A stretch of 64,000 bases of DNA from Ranitomeya imitator. Taxonomy: Eukaryota. The stretch spans positions 203,360,001 through 203,424,000 of the forward strand of contig NC_091288.1 of NCBI RefSeq assembly GCF_032444005.1, written 5' to 3'. Position numbers and translations under genes: made by a program. The notes beneath the pieces were generated by a model that searched no databases, was not told where the DNA came from, and saw only the letters and a list, made by a program, of their open reading frames with translations. Below are positions 29,720-41,100 of the stretch, in pieces (the stretch's first letter is position 1; each line of letters begins with the position of its first letter).

Positions 29720-30139
29720 AACACAATGAAGCTGCAGGTCACGTGACTCTCCTGGGCCGCTGAGGCCCTTTGTTTGCGGTCCAACGGTCACGTGACGAGC
29801 GCTGGGTCATGTGACCTAACCCGGAAGCGGCTGGCAGAGGCTGCTGTTTGCGCTGCGATCCTGGGGAGGGCGGTGACGTCAGCGGCTGTCTGCTTCTCCT
29901 GCTGCACCTGTGCCGCCGCCCGCAGTGTGCCCGGTGCCCGCCGCCCTGACAGCCCGAGATCCTCCTGCTCACCATCATCATCATCACCATGACAACCAGA
30001 GGGAGCTGCTGGGGGTCGTGACACAAGAGCGCCCGATGCCGGAGGCCTCATCCTGCACAAAGCCAGCCATCCGCCAGACCACATCCTCCTCCTCCTCCTC
30101 CCCGGGAGAGGGGATGGTGCCGGGAGCCGGCCCGGACAG
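29720..30139 (+). promoter_or_regulatory. ABCA3 promoter / CpG island and probable non-coding first exon (donor at 30139/30140)
   Basis: CpG-dense. GTCACGTGAC at 29738-47 and 29787-96, GTCATGTGAC at 29806-15, ETS site CCGGAAG at 29821-27 and CRE TGACGTCA at 29874-81. Ends in a consensus donor GACAG|GTGAGA. The next in-orientation exon is the ABCA3 ATG exon (acceptor 35123). Mammalian ABCA3 also has non-coding 5' exons. Confidence 0.75.
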
Positions 30140-33049
30140 GTGAGAGCCCCGTCCTGCTGCTGATCGCACCGATCAAGGCCGAAGCAATCGATCAGATCGG
30201 ATTGTGAGTCTCTATCTGTCATAGATCGTCATTGCCCCAATGTAAATATTTCCCCCTCCCACCATCAGTGCCCATCTGGAGACATGATGATCTGGGGGCG
30301 CGATGCTGTGCGGAAATGTCCATTATTACATCCATTATTCGCCTTTCTTAAGGATTGTGAGGCGCCTGCTTGCTGTCAGTGAATAGAATATTTTTCCCCT
30401 GAGTGTGTCCTCGGTGCAGCGTTCGTTACAGTGTATCGGAGATGTCCTGTATAAATAATGCAGCTGTGTCGGATCACGATAGCGGACCCCCGTCCCCCCA
30501 TAGCCTCTTAGAATCACTCATCTATATGTAAGAGCCGGATTGTCTTCCTGCTGGTACCAGTAGTGCCACCACCATAGATTTACAGCTGTCACGTCTCAGG
30601 GACCCCCGGCTGTCTGCTTCGTTCACCGCTTGCTCCTCCCGACCCACCATACACTCAATGGGGAGAGGGGGGGTTTCCAGATCTCTCCTTATCTCTGAAC
30701 ACACAAGGATCAGGCATGTTGAAATCCATCTGCCCAACCTTCTTTTATCATTACACCTTTGGGGGGGGTCAGCATTTCCAACCGTTGTAGAACTACAACT
30801 CCCAGCATGCCACGTCAGGATTTGGTTGCACAGATGAGATTGACCCCCATGTAGGGCCCATCAGCCGCTGTTTATAGACTCCTCGATGTTGTGGTAACTT
30901 TATCTTGAAGGATGTAATCCGGTAGATCCGGACTTGCCTGGATCACATGGTGTGCAGGGTGTTTGTGTATTCTGCACGTGATATCAGGGGGAGCGCTGTG
31001 GAAGGTCAGAGGTTACCCCCCCCCCCCCCCCCCGAACATTGGGGAGCGGCACGTGCTGTTTGCTCTTCTTTTATGACAAGGGCAGGATACGGATTTGCTG
31101 TTTTATGGCCGCCTGTGTCTCTGTGCGGAGTACAGGCTGCCATACGGCGCTGGAGGATTCAGCGGGTATATACGTGCAATATAGCCTAACCACAGGACAT
31201 CTCGGAGACCCCCACCTGACCCGGAATAGGGGCACCCCACCACCTTTCCTCATCCAGACGCCATAAACGTGCACCTCTCTCTGTTCACTTCTATGGGAAT
31301 CAAAGAAAAAAGCCGTGCAGTCAGCTCTAACTCCCCTAGACACTCACGGCCCCCTGGCTATTTCTTCTCCGTCAGGGGGACCCACTTTTAGTGATTTAAG
31401 AAAGCAATATCCCTTTAAGGTCTTTCACGAAGGTGACCATAAACTTTAAAAGTATTTCCATATATCGCCTGTTTACATCTGTACCCACCACTACCTAAGA
31501 TTGATCACTCCTTCCCGAGCCGGGGGGCATCAGGGGGCCGGTTGTAGTACAACAATTACAGGATAACACGTTTTCGTGCTGCTGAGCCGTCATTCAGCTG
31601 CGTCCGCTCAGACGTCCACCACGTGTTTTTTGCCTTTGCTGCCGACATTTGTGTAATTTTTGCCTGTGGATTATATCTCCGCGTTCTCTGTCCGGCTTCT
31701 CTATTGAGACACTCGAGTGACCGATACGTTTTAGCTGTAAAGTTTTAACAACTTTTTGGAAACTTTTTTCCCATTATTGAATCCACTGATCTCTGTGGGT
31801 TCAGCTCCAGAACCCTATATAATCAGCCGGTCATACATTTCGCCATATAATACATGTGTGGGCGACATACTGGCTCAGCGATGAGGGTCCTGAATGCGGG
31901 GGGCCCATATAAGACGTCCTGAAAATAGATGATCAGAGGAACCTAATGGCCATAATTGAGCCGAGTTCTGCGTTTCGGACTGGTGTTTGCACGGGCATTG
32001 AGCTACCACCTGGTGGTATGGTAGGTTGGCCTTTGTCTATAAAGGTCTGCAGGTGGGGGGATGGGGTGCCATTGATCATAAATGGTTCCCCGGCAGGTGG
32101 TCAGTGCACCAGATGGTCCATGTATTCATTCATTATCTATAGCAATGGTGACCGCCAGAGCTCTGTGGAGGGCTGTGTACGCTTCTGTGTATTTGTGCAC
32201 GTTCCCACCACTGGCACTGCCCGCCTATAGGCACAAGTGCATTATGCATAGGCTCGGTGCATAACTAATGCCGCCACGTGGGTGCGGCCTATAATCCCGC
32301 CCGTGCAGCCGGCATCCATGTGTGTTTCCATCTTATAATATGATGGCTTATTGCGAGAATATTTCCTGATCGTGGGGGTCTGAAATGCACAGAATGAAGG
32401 GTCCGAAGCGCCGGTGCCCTCCCTGCCACCCGGATGTAGAGGTAGCATCGATAGGGGTCCTAGAGGATGGGGTCCTAGAGGATAGACTCCCTCCCCCCAT
32501 CATAAAATTATGTGACTTTATAAAGGAAGCTTCTTTTGTCTTAAGGGGGTTGTCATCATAGACGCCCCTTTTGTTATGAAGCCAATTGATGACTGTCATG
32601 AGGCAAACTGCAAGATGACGTCAGAAATGTATGGAGGTAAGCGAATGGTCGTCCATAGAATAGACAGCCCGAGTCTGCTGCTTGTTAGTGGCTGGTAAAG
32701 TTGGGGGTCTGAGTAGAGATCTCCCCTCTATCACCTCCTGTTAGGGTGTATTTTCCTGGTGGGATATTAGAATGAAATGCAGGCAATGGTGGCATCCGTG
32801 TTGCAGAGCTACGACCCTCAGCATGGCAGTCTGCGGGGGGTTTTATCATTCAGTGTTGTTGGGTCACATGTCCTGCGACGTCTCGAGGGATGGTCACAGG
32901 CATATAATTAGCAGGACTCGTCTACCACTCAGGAGGTGTTTGGCGCCCGGCGCCTGACAGCGTGGTAGCGCCAGGCTCAGTAACACAATGCCCGGTGATC
33001 TGGATTTGTACGTTCCTGATTGCTGGGTTGCAGCACTGAGCGCCCTGTC

Positions 33050-33900
33050 AGGTTCAGCCCGAATCTCGGGGTTCGCTGGTCACATTGACACCATCAGCCA
33101 TAAGACTGAGCCACCTGCCCAATATCTTGTAGGTGATTCCTCGCGCCGCCCTGTGACCCACTGAGGCCAGGTCTCCACTACACCTCAGACGGTTCCTGTA
33201 GTGTCCGCACCAGTTGTCAGCAGACCATCGTCCTGTGCGCGGCTCGGTGCGGCCTCCATGGATCAGACTTGTTTTCCAGCACATCACACAGGCGATCGAT
33301 CGGACTGAGATCTGGAGAATTCGGAGACAAGTCATCGCCTCGATCCTTGTCATGTTCCTCAAAACGTCCCTGACCGACCATTACACTGCTGTAAGGAGCC
33401 CTGTTATTTGGGAATCCCACTCCCCAGGAAAAGGGGAACTTGCAGGGGCAAATGTACTATTGGTGCAACCTGTGCCGTCGCATGGGGTCCAAGTGTGGAG
33501 GGGTAACTTCTACCTCCAAAGCGGCTACTGTCTCCGACATATACAGGGAGTACAATGATGAGATATTGGACTGCAAAGGGCCCATATACTGTTCTTGTAG
33601 AGGGGCCCCTTCTGTCTGTGTCCTCCCCTGTGTAATTAGTCTGTACATTGTTAGGTGTGTGTCACAGCCACATGATGGCAGGACACAAGGGTCCCAGCAG
33701 GACATTGTGCATCACATAGTGCATCCTGGTGCCATCCCGGGTAAGTGACACACACACACACCTGCCATCCACATGGTGGAAAACGGGATTTATCAAACCA
33801 GGCGCCTTCTACCATTACTGCTGGTCCAGTTCTGATGCTCATATGCCCGGTGTAGGACTTTTGACAGTGGAAGGACTTTCTTTTATATCGTAGCTGCAAC
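33050..33900 (-). pseudogene. Decayed Tc1 transposase fragment in the ABCA3 5' intron, interrupted by a small MITE (about 33443-33630)
   Basis: Minus-strand translations give SPNSPDLSPIDRLCDVLENK (degenerate [11 protein letters not shown]) and GAWFDKSRF (degenerate WSDESRF), with frameshifts. Confidence 0.65.
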
Positions 33901-33934
33901 ACTCTGCATGTCCTGACGTCTGTCCAATGTAGCT

Positions 33935-34185
33935 GCGGCACCCTAGCTCCTTTCTGCCGTATCTGGGGCGCTCCCTGGCTCCTTTCTGCCGTATCTACGG
34001 CGCTCCCTGGCTCCTTTCCGTCGTGGCTGCGACGCTCCCTGGCTCCTTTCCGTCATATCTGCGGCGCTCCCTGGCTCCTTTCCGTCGTGGCTGCGGTGCT
34101 CCTTGGCTCCTTTCCGTCGTGGCTGCGGCGCTCCCTGGCTCCTTTCCGTCGTGGCTGCGGCGCTCCCTGGCTCCTTTCCGTCATA
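33935..34185. repeat. About 32-bp minisatellite, about 8 copies
   Basis: Unit CTCCCTGGCTCCTTTCCGTCGTGGCTGCGGCG. Confidence 0.92.
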
Positions 34186-35159
34186 GCAGCAGGAACTTAA
34201 GCACTTTGTGCTCCTGTAACTTTTCTGTAGGATCGGACCAGTCGCGCGCTGACACTGCACATTGGTACCTTGGGCGTCCACAATCCTGTCTCCGGTTCAC
34301 CCTTGTCATCCCATTTTGGAGCCGCTCTGACCCGGTCATGTACTTCACCGTTTGGTTTGTGCCGCAGTCGCTCCTTTCAGAATTACCCAGTTTTTGTTCT
34401 TCACATCTTTAGATCTGACGGATCGCTTCTTATTACAGATACTTTTTCCCCCATAAAAAAAAAAGGATGGCCGCTGTGTACCCAGAAATAATAAAGATTG
34501 GACAGCGGGATGCGCCCAGCCCAGAGTCATGATGGGTCACTTACTATCCAAACACTCGGCACAGGATGGCGGCCCGGCAATCATGTCTGCTGTCACGTAC
34601 TGAGCCGCCACCATCGCAATATGCTCTACGATACAATCTGTACCAAAAGCCATGTTACACCGCTCTGCAGAGCATCGCACCATATCACAGACTCTGCACG
34701 TGCAGAGCGTCGCACCATGCGGCAGAGCCGGAGTGTGCAGAGCATCGCTTTATTCACCTTTTTCTTTTTGGAATGCAGCTCCCAAGTGCTCAACTTGAGT
34801 TCTTGCACCACGGCACGTTTGTGTCGCAATGCTCTGCGTCATCGCTCCCGTCCCCCAGCTGAAGTGTGCCACTCTCCGTAATCAGTGACATTCTAGGGTA
34901 CTTAAGAGCGACGAGGGCTTGGTGCTCCGTGCGGCCACCGGCCCCATCCAGTGCGTTACACAATACAGCTCTCTGTAGGGCGTGAAGGAAACCCGCCATC
35001 GATGCTTCTTGGGTGTCAGTGTCCAATGAAGTGATATCCTGCAGGATTCTTGTAAGAAGAGGGTGGTGTATCAGGGTCTTCGTCTATTTCCTCCCCCGCT
35101 CACCCTCCGTTTGGTCCTTACAGATTGTGAGCGACGGTCATCTGCTGGAGTGATCCACC

Positions 35160-38100
35160 ATGGCGGTATTACGGCAGCTGTGGCTCCTTCTATGGAAGAA
35201 TTACATCTTACAGGTACGTACGGGCACGGTATGGCGGTGGTATTATCAGGCAGCTAGTCCTGGGTCAGAGGGGGGATATGTTACATGGCAGCTATGATAC
35301 ATGTATAGCACGGCCTGCACCTCTCACACTGAGCGCAGGAAGGGGCTTCTATACTACGGAAACCTGGAAGGTCATATGAGACTTACAGACCAATGCCTGT
35401 TCCTTTAAGTGTTTGTTAAAGGGGTATTTCTACCACATAAAATCATGGTAAATGTAAGTAATCGTTGAGCCCGGACCCCCGTTCATCCTGCGGATGGGGT
35501 GCAGATGTGGTGCTCAGTCTCCTTCACTGGTTTTCCATGTAGTGGGGCCATCATAGAGGTGACCGGGTGCAGAGCCGAGCATGTGGAGATCGGACCCCCG
35601 CCGATTATTTTAAAGCTTTTTGATGTTGTGTCCTCTCCCCATAGAAACGTCAGGTCCTGGTGACGGTGATCGAGCTCGCGCTGCCGCTCCTGTTTTCTGT
35701 TATCCTAATTGCATTGAGGCATAGGGTCGAGTCTGAGAACCACCCCAATGCGACCACGTACCCCAATGTGGACTTTCTCAGGTTGCCCGGAATGTTTCGT
35801 ATTATGGGACCTTGGGATCTGGCCTACGTCCCGTCCAATAGTGATGTCGTGCGGGACATTGTGACAGCAGTGGAGAAGAAGCTGGATATTGATATCCGAG
35901 GTAAGGCAACTTAATCTGGTGGTCCCATATATCCGAGCTCAGGTAGCCTACTCCGGTGGTCCCATATATCCGAGCTAAGGCAGCCTACTCCGGTGGTCCC
36001 ATATATCCGAGCTAAGGCAGCCTACTCCGGTGGTCCCATATATCCGAGCTAAGGCAGCCTACTCCGGTGGTCCCATATATCCGAGCTAAGGCAGCCTACT
36101 CCGGTGGTCCCATATATCCGAGCTAAAGCAGCCTACTCCGGTGGTCCCATATATCCGAGCTAAGGCAACCTATTCTGGTGGTCCCATATATCTGAGCTAA
36201 GGCAGCCTACTCTGGTGGTCCCATATATCCGAGCTAAGGCAACCTACTCCGGTGGTCCCATATATCCGAGCTAAGGCAGCCTACTCCAGTGGTCCCATAT
36301 ATCCGAGCTAAGGCAACCTATTCTGGTGGTCCCATATATCTGAGCTAAGGCAGCCTACTCTGGTGGTCCCATATATCCGAGCTAAAGCAGCCTACTCCGG
36401 TGGTCCCATATATCCGAGCTAAGGCAACCTATTCTGGTGGTCCCATATATCTGAGCTAAGGCAGCCTACTCTGGTGGTCCCATATATCCGAGCTAAGGCA
36501 ACCTACTCCGGTGGTCCCATATATCCGAGCTAAGGCAGCCTACTCCAGTGGTCCCATATATCCGAGCTAAGGCAGCCTACTCTGGTGGTCCCATATATCC
36601 GAGCTAAGGCAACCTATTCTGGTGGTCCCATATATCTGAGCTAAGGCAGCCTACTCTGGTGGTCCCATATATCCGAGCTAAGGCAACCTATTCTGGTGGT
36701 CCCATATATCTGAGCTAAGGCAGCCTATTCTGTAGGTCCCATATATCTGAAGTAAGGCAACCTACTCCGGTGGTCCCATATATCCGAGCTAAGGCAGCCT
36801 ACTCCGGTGGTCCCATATATCTGAGCTAAGGCAACCTATTCTGGTGGTCCCATATATCTGAGCTAAGGCAACCTACTCTGGTGGTCCCATATATCCGAGC
36901 TAAGGCCACCTAATTTGGTGGCCCCATATATCCGAGCTAAGGCAACCTACTCCGGTGGTCCCTTACAACCATTATATTCATTCTCTATGTGGCATGTGGA
37001 AAAAGCCAAGCGCAGCGCTCTGCAGCCTATAGGGAATGAATGGAGCCGTGTTCGTGCATGTTCACTGCTGCTCCATTCTAACATGGATAATAATGCCCCA
37101 TTCTGCCGATCGGTGCAGACCCCAGCAGTCGGACCCCCACTGACCAGTAAGTTATCACCTATCCTGTGGATACGTCGGCCATGTGCTTGTATCCCATCAG
37201 GTGGGTTCAGTACTCGGGCGTCTTGTTCTGTTTCCTTGCTTGACTCTCTCCGTTGTCCGCAGCCCGGGGGTTCCCTACAGAAGGAGAATTAGAGAACTTC
37301 ATCAGACATGACAACCAGTCGGGCAACGTGCTGGCCGCCATAGTCTTCGACCATACGTTCAATGACAGCCATGATCCATTACCCCTGCAGGTAACGACTC
37401 CGCTAGCAGAAGGCCGGGCGACATTAGTGCTGCAGGAATAACCGCTCTGTTTTTCCGGTCACAGGTCCGCTATAAGCTGCGGTTTAAGTACAGCCCTCGC
37501 AACGCTCCCATCAGTGAGCAATCGGGACTGAACCCAAATGTGGACCGCAACTGGCACACCAGATACTTGTACCCGCTCTTCCAGCTTCCAGGGCCTCGCG
37601 AGCGGAATGACATAACTGGAGGCACACCGGGTAACGATGGGCGCCATGCCTGGTTTCTGCATGTTTGACTATAAAGGGAATGTGCTAAAAACATAAAATA
37701 AAAAAAACACTTAGCCAATCCCTCGTTTTTAGGTTTTTTTTTATCGCTATATGCAAATCATTAATTCTTTTTTTTTTCACCTTCCAGGATACTATAGAGA
37801 ATGCTTTCTGGCAGTGCAGCACCACATGGACCGGGCGATCATTTACCACCATGCCAACAAAACCGGGCAGGCCCTTCTGGATGAGATCGATGTCTCTATC
37901 CGACGGTTTCCCTTCACACCTTACGTCAACGACCTCTTCATCCTGGCTATCCAGAACCAGCTCCCTTTGCTCCTGATGCTCAGCTTCACCTACACCTCCC
38001 TGAGCATTGTGCGCGCTCTGGTCCTGGAGAAGGAGCGGAAGCTGAAGGTGAGGACGGAGTTGTGACGGGTCTCCTGGGATCACCGCATCAATTACAACCT

Positions 38101-41100
38101 ATTGATTGCCATTTCTTACAGGAGTACATGCGAGTGATGGGACTGAAGTCCTGGCTTCTCTCTACTGCCTGGTTCATCCATTTTTTCATACTACTTTTGG
38201 TGTCCATCTTTTTCGTCACTTTACTCCTGTGTGTCCAGGTCAGTATTGCTCCTTCCTTCCAGTTTCTTGCATTTCCGCTGCCATTTTGCTTTGCTCCAAT
38301 NNNNNNNNNNNNNNNNNNNNNNNNNNNNNNNNNNNNNNNNNNNNNNNNNNNNNNNNNNNNNNNNNNNNNNNNNNNNNNNNNNNNNNNNNNNNNNNNNNNN
38401 NNNNNNNNNNNNNNNNNNNNNNNNNNNNNNNNNNNNNNNNNNNNNNNNNNNNNNNNNNNNNNNNNNNNNNNNNNNNNNNNNNNNNNNNNNNNNNNNNNNN
38501 NNNNNNNNNNNNNNNNNNNNNNNNNNNNNNNNNNNNNNNNNNNNNNNNNNNNNNNNNNNNNNNNNNNNNNNNNNNNNNNNNNNNNNNNNNNNNNNNNNNN
38601 NNNNNNNNNNNNNNNNNNNNNNNNNNNNNNNNNNNNNNTTCAGCTCCAATGCAGAATTATGTGTCCCCATGGATACAAACGAGCCCTGTGTATAGTTGGA
38701 TCCTGCAGTCATCTGTTGTTCTCCTCCATCTTTTTTTATGTTACTGGTGTAAAGATAGGCGGTGACATTAGTCAGAAGAAAGGGGCTATGCTGTGACTGC
38801 GGGATCATGGTACAGGGGGTTTGCTCGAGGCCATCAGCCATGGACGTTTTGCTGTAACCGCAATGTGACCAATCAGAAAGGGGATATTCCCACCGGACGT
38901 GGTGACCTATTGCTTGGATATGCCGTCACTTTTTGATTGGTGGGGTCCAACTTCTTGGACCCCCATATGAGAAGTGCCACAACTCTTCATGGATTTGCAG
39001 CTCCCACCGAGGAAGCTGAAATGCAGCCATGTTCATCAGGACAGGAAATAAAAGTTTTCTGCTAATGATGAGGGAAAATACACGTTGCTCCGGTTTTCCA
39101 GAGCACGCTCGGGTGGTCTCTGAGAATTTGTTAGTGTTTTGGAGATTTAGTTTTCAGCTGCAGCTGAATGATTTACAGCTACTAGCCAGGCTGAGTACAT
39201 GTGGGGGTTGCCTGGTTGCTAGTGAATCCCCACATGTAATCAAGCTGGCTAGTAGCTGTAAATCATTCAGCTGGGGCAATGAAAACTTAATCTCCGAGCA
39301 GTAACGAATACTCTGAGACCACCCGCTCATCACTAGGTTCTGCCCCTTCGTTTGGGTGATCAGAGGGTTAAATCTGTAAGTGATGGCATATGGCCACTTG
39401 AAGGGCTGACGATGCCTCTTGCCCACATTGTGATGCAGATCGGGCACCTTGCGCGTCCTTACACCCTTAAGAGACTTTTCTTTTACTTTTGGGTTACTAA
39501 CAAATGACTCTTTATTTTTTTTTTTTCCTTTTCTTCCAGGCCAGTAACGAGGGGGCAGTCCTCACTCGGAGTGACCCCACGGTGGTCTTTGTCTACCTTC
39601 TGGTATTTGCCGTGTCCACCATCTCCTTCAGTTTTATGATCAGCAGCTTTTTCTCACGAGGTAGGAATGCTTCCTTGCTCCATCTTTGGTTGCGTCCTCT
39701 TTCCTCGGTAGCACAGCGCTCCTCTGCCTCCCGGCTTCCTTCTTGGCTTGGGGGGCGGTGTGCTCTGGATGATTGACAGTTTGGATCAGCGGCGTTATTC
39801 CCCCGCTGTCACCCCGGAGGACTGATGTCGGCTGGATCTAGGGCAGCTTTTCCAAGCTCATGCTCCTTCCCTATGAAATTGGACAAGTCTGATACTATAG
39901 AATAAAAACAATTCCACCATTGTTTATAATAAAAGGATACAAAGTTTTTATAGGCTCCCATTTTGGATACCTGTGATCCTTTTTTTTTTTTTTTTTGTCT
40001 TCTACAGCGAATGTGGCAGCTGCAGCCGGAGGGTTCCTGTACTTCTTCTCCTACATCCCCTACTTCTTCATCTCCCCTCGATATGATCGGATAACTCATA
40101 GCGAGAAGCTGGCATCTTGTCTTATTTCCAATGTGGGCATGGCCATGGGCGCCCAACTGATCGGGATGTTTGAAGGCAAAGGTCAGCGAGAACCGTCGCG
40201 TCTTCGCCTTCATTTCTTGTGAAGGCCAAAAGCCAACATCAAGGAGTCTTATGTCATCGCTTGGTCTCTAGGTACCGGAGCTCAGTGGTCGAACCTGCTG
40301 ACCCCGGTCAGTGTGGACGATAACTTCACCCTGGGCCAAGTGATGGGCATGCTACTGCTGGACTCCGTGGTCTACTCCATCATCGGGTGGTATGTGGAGA
40401 GTATCATGCCGGGAGACTACGGAGTTCCCCAACCTTGGTACTTTTGCTTTATGGTAAGAAGCCATTTTTTTTCGTAGTTGAACGATAGTTCCCCGATCTT
40501 TAACCAAAAACCTTAGACGTGTCGGAAGTTTTGCTCAATGGCCGTTCCAGATACTGAGACGTCCATTGATCACTAAAATGAAGCACTTCACTGCCCCTCC
40601 ATCTGTGATTGACTCTCGTCAGAGGATCAATCGAGTGCATGCCCTCTCTTATTAAAGTCTGTCCTGTCCATGGGTTGTCACAGGTATCACCGCTCGGCTC
40701 CATTAAAATGAATGCGGCTGAGCTGCAGTAATCGCGCACACCATGTGGACAGGTGCCTTTTTCTAATCCTGGACAACCCCTTTAAGTCTCATTCCATATC
40801 CTCGCCACCTTGAGAAAAGTAGATTATTGGTGAATGGGCAAAGCGCTCACCTGCTTCTCCTCCTCGAGGTCTCAGCACTCGGACCCCTAATGATCAAAAC
40901 TTCTGACTCCTCACTATATTAAAGCCTAAACTAGAAACAAAAATACTCCGGATATAAATGGTTAACTGCGATCAGATCTCCTCTATCCACATCGCTTAAA
41001 GCAATCAAAACTGACCTTCCTTCCTCTGGGCGTCTCTGCAGCCTTCATATTGGTGCGGGACTGCCAGAGATGCCGAATTCCTAGAGAAGGAGGATGATGA

